In this document: piece after piece, positions 61,911 to 64,000 of the stretch | How positions within the stretch are numbered: the stretch's first letter is position 1 | How the letters are laid out: each line of letters opens with the position of its first letter | From: Vicinamibacterales bacterium | Lineage (GTDB): Bacteria; Acidobacteriota; Vicinamibacteria; Vicinamibacterales; UBA2999 | Length of the DNA: 64,000 nucleotides | Assembly: GCA_036732565.1 (NCBI GenBank) | Contig: DAINCF010000001.1 | Location: forward strand, 1,787-65,786 | Direction: 5' to 3' | Notes under the pieces: generated by a model | Databases searched by the model: none | Told to the model about the DNA's origin: nothing | What the model saw: the letters and a program-made list of their open reading frames with translations, nothing else | Program-made: the position numbers and the translations under genes

Positions 61911-62753
61911 CTACGGCTGGTCGGCTCGAGCGCCGACCAGCCAGCAGGCAGCCGTAAAGCGGACTTCTGAACCGTGCACATAGGGATCGAAGGCGGGGCG
62001 GACCGTTTCGACGACTTGCGCGCGCGTCCGGTCGTCCGCCCCTTGAAGGGTCATGCCGACAGGACCGACCCGCGTCAAGTAGCGGACCAACTCCCTCTCG
62101 GGGAGCGTGCAGTCAACATCGAGCGGCTGGATGTCGATCTCGGCCCAGCCGCTCGCCTCCAGGATGCTGCGGACCCGGTGGTCGTTCGCGAACGCGAACT
62201 GCCCAGGCGCGTCCACCTGGCGCGGAGGGAGATTCGGCAGCAGCGGCGCCGCGGCCCGCTCGGCGGTCGTCATGAACGGATTGTCCGAGGCGCCCCGCCA
62301 CGCGATGAACCGGAGCGTGGCTTGGTCGCGTGCCGCCACTCTCAGGTTCGCAAACGCCCGCACAGGATCGTCGAAGAACATCACGCCGAATCGCGACATG
62401 ATCGTGTCGAAGCTCGCGGGCTCGAACGTGTGGACCTGCGCGTTGGCGCAGATGAAGGTCGCCGGCGTGCCGTCCCGTTCGACCCGGGCCTTGGCGACGG
62501 CGATCATCGGATCCGAGATGTCGATGCCGGTGCAGCGGCCCTCCGCTCCGAGCCGCCGCGCGACGGCGAGCGTCGTACTGCCCGTGCCGCAGCCGACGTC
62601 GAGCACCTGGCCCTGGGATCCTGCAGGAACCGCGTCGACGAGCAAATCTTCGAACGGTCGGTACAGCTGATCGAGCAACTCCTGCAGTTCGACCCACGCG
62701 CGTCCGGCCGGCCCGTTCCACAGCCTGGCCTGCGGGTCATCGGTCTCGTGCAT
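61911..62753 (-). CDS. Class I SAM-dependent methyltransferase
   Basis: VLDVGCGTGSTTLAVARRLG (motif I). Start MHETDD at 62753 (alternative at 62768). The 508-aa ORF-track entry reads through the neighbouring gene in another frame. Confidence 0.8.
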   Translation of the reverse strand: MHETDDPQARLWNGPAGRAWVELQELLDQLYRPFEDLLVDAVPAGSQGQVLDVGCGTGSTTLAVARRLGAEGRCTGIDISDPMIAVAKARVERDGTPATFICANAQVHTFEPASFDTIMSRFGVMFFDDPVRAFANLRVAARDQATLRFIAWRGASDNPFMTTAERAAAPLLPNLPPRQVDAPGQFAFANDHRVRSILEASGWAEIDIQPLDVDCTLPERELVRYLTRVGPVGMTLQGADDRTRAQVVETVRPAFDPYVHGSEVRFTAACWLVGARADQP

Positions 62754-62758
62754 GTCAT

Positions 62759-63382
62759 CTACGCCCATTGCTTCTGGCCTTTCCGCACCACCCAGGTCGT
62801 CATCGAGCGCTGATTCTGAACGATAGTCGTTTTGAGGGGATCGAGGAGCTCGCCGCCGAGCTGCGCCGTCAGCTCCTCGAGCCGCGCTTCCGTCACCAGA
62901 TAGCGTTCGCTGCCATCCGGGAGCAAGAAGCGGCCGGCTCCAACGTGACGCACCCGCGATTCGATGCCGATTGACGAGGCGAGCCGGCAGAAGAACAGCC
63001 CATCCTCGTCGAGCAGCCGCCAGCATCCTCGGAGCATGGCCTCGAAGTGCTGATCGTCGCGCGCGAAATGGAGCACCGCACTGCTGATCACGACATCGAC
63101 GCAGCGGTCCGGAAACGACATCGTCTCCAGCGTTTCGATGCGGAAATTGTCGGCGGGCAGTCCTGGTGCGAGGGTGGATGCCATCGCTCGGACGGCCTCG
63201 ATCGCGGACGCATCCGCGTCCGCTGCCACCACGTGGTAGCCAGCCCTGAGCATATGGACGAGATTCCGCCCGCGGCCGCAGCCTGCGTCGCAAACGCGCG
63301 CGCCGGGTGGAATCCGTCCTCGCAGAAGCTGATCGAACAGGTAGATATCGATGTCGCCAAACTGCGCCTGGAGGTCGGTCAT
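62759..63382 (-). CDS. Class I SAM-dependent methyltransferase
   Basis: VCDAGCGRGRNLVHMLRAGYHVVAADADASAIE (motif I plus the acidic loop). Confidence 0.8.
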   Translation of the reverse strand: MTDLQAQFGDIDIYLFDQLLRGRIPPGARVCDAGCGRGRNLVHMLRAGYHVVAADADASAIEAVRAMASTLAPGLPADNFRIETLETMSFPDRCVDVVISSAVLHFARDDQHFEAMLRGCWRLLDEDGLFFCRLASSIGIESRVRHVGAGRFLLPDGSERYLVTEARLEELTAQLGGELLDPLKTTIVQNQRSMTTWVVRKGQKQWA

Positions 63383-63421
63383 AGAGACCTGGATCGTAGA
63401 CGACTGTCATAGAATTCCGCC

Positions 63422-64000
63422 ATGACGCCAGAGTCACTGACCGCCCTCCGCCCGCTGATCCGCGGGGCCGTTATCGACCGGACCGATGCGACCTTCGACA
63501 CCGTTCGGCGCGTCTACAATGCCTGCATCGATCGACGACCGACCGGCATCGTGCGTTGCGCCGGCGCGGCGGATGTGATTCAAACCCTCGCCTTCGCGCG
63601 CGACGTGGAGCTGCCGCTGTCGATCCGCGGTGGCGGACACAACGTCGCCGGGCGCGCCGTCTGTGATGGCGGGATCATGCTCGACCTGTCGACGATGACG
63701 TCGATTCGCGTCGACCCGGCACGCAAACGCGTTCACGCCGAACCCGGCGTCACCTACAAGGAGTTCGACTACGAGACGCAAGCGTTCGGCTTGGCGACGA
63801 CGGGCGGCACCGTATCGGCGACCGGTATTGCCGGCCTCACGCTCGGTGGGGGCGTCGGCTGGTTGATGCGGGTCCACGGCCTCACCTGCGACAACCTCGT
63901 CTCCGCGGATGTCGTGACCGCCGATGGTCGGCTCCTTCGCGCGAGCCATGACGAAAATGCCGATCTGTTCTGGGGCCTGCGCGGTGGCGGCGGAAACTTC
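63422..64000 (+). CDS. FAD-binding (PCMH-type, FAD_binding_4) oxidoreductase, N-terminal part; continues off the right edge
   Basis: Not in the ORF track. ATG 63422 gives MTPESLTALRPLIRGAVIDRTD...LSIRGGGHNVAGRAV...GLTLGGGVGWL...LFWGLRGGGGNF, in frame to base 64000. Confidence 0.85.
   Translation, partial: MTPESLTALRPLIRGAVIDRTDATFDTVRRVYNACIDRRPTGIVRCAGAADVIQTLAFARDVELPLSIRGGGHNVAGRAVCDGGIMLDLSTMTSIRVDPARKRVHAEPGVTYKEFDYETQAFGLATTGGTVSATGIAGLTLGGGVGWLMRVHGLTCDNLVSADVVTADGRLLRASHDENADLFWGLRGGGGNF

Noticed and set aside
61911-63437. A 508-aa ORF-track entry suggesting one large protein.
   Set aside because: Only the last 281 codons (from MHETDD, 62753) look like a methyltransferase. The upstream 227 codons read through the neighbouring methyltransferase gene (62759-63382) in another frame and are Arg-rich nonsense.
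1-64000. I looked for CRISPR arrays, tRNA/rRNA genes, transposases/integrases, prophage genes, and classical defence genes (restriction enzymes, Cas, abortive-infection NTPases).
   Set aside because: I found no regularly spaced direct repeats other than the intragenic 21-bp tract. There is no tRNA-like T-arm (GGTTCGAATCC-type) in any intergenic gap. No ORF carries DDE, tyrosine-recombinase or phage structural signatures. This is by-eye only, so tRNAscan-SE, Infernal and DefenseFinder should confirm it.

Overview
High-GC bacterial chromosomal segment. Hand-counted 60-nt lines give about 65-70% G+C, dropping to about 53-58% in one islet. The gene content looks like a soil Acidobacteriota-like organism, but that is inference only. 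I call about 58 protein-coding genes. I saw no rRNA, tRNA, CRISPR array, transposase or integrase.

Left third: pyrimidine catabolism (a preA fragment running off the edge, and dihydropyrimidinase), an FGGY sugar kinase, and a ROK-regulated operon of GH3 beta-glucosidase, Na+/solute symporter and NIF3. Also two convergent GH51 arabinofuranosidases, a PQQ sugar dehydrogenase, trmO and mutM.

Centre: two paralogous ECF-sigma + Ser/Thr-kinase(TPR) modules (21.2-24.6 kb and 39.6-42.7 kb) bracket a tightly packed minus-strand operon of about 13.4 kb (25.8-39.4 kb). The operon is headed by its own sigma factor. It encodes lipoproteins, an OM beta-barrel, CsgG/TolB-N-like and FGE/SUMF1-domain periplasmic proteins, and a 542-aa membrane protein with no domain I recognise. 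It also encodes a lid-less Hsp70, a membrane-anchored J-like protein with a degenerate HPD, and a 797-aa protein carrying 43 uninterrupted AEQ[Q/H]Axx heptads. This is my best candidate for an undescribed system.

Next comes a lower-GC islet (42.7-47.4 kb). It holds a 75-codon ORF with a strong SD, translationally coupled to a SagB/ThcOx-type dehydrogenase, followed by a ~970-aa secreted protein of unknown function.

Right third: an S1-domain protein, YbaK, cupin, TetR, DinB paralogs, methyltransferases, AraC, an alpha/beta hydrolase, DUF3500, and an FAD oxidase running off the right edge.

Non-coding structure: a REP-like hairpin family (5 copies, with compensatory stem changes), an ~85-nt element in 2 copies, palindromic operators, three-arm alternative-hairpin motifs in two sigma-factor leaders, and a simple-sequence repeat.

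All domain calls rest on motif recognition by eye. No searches were run.
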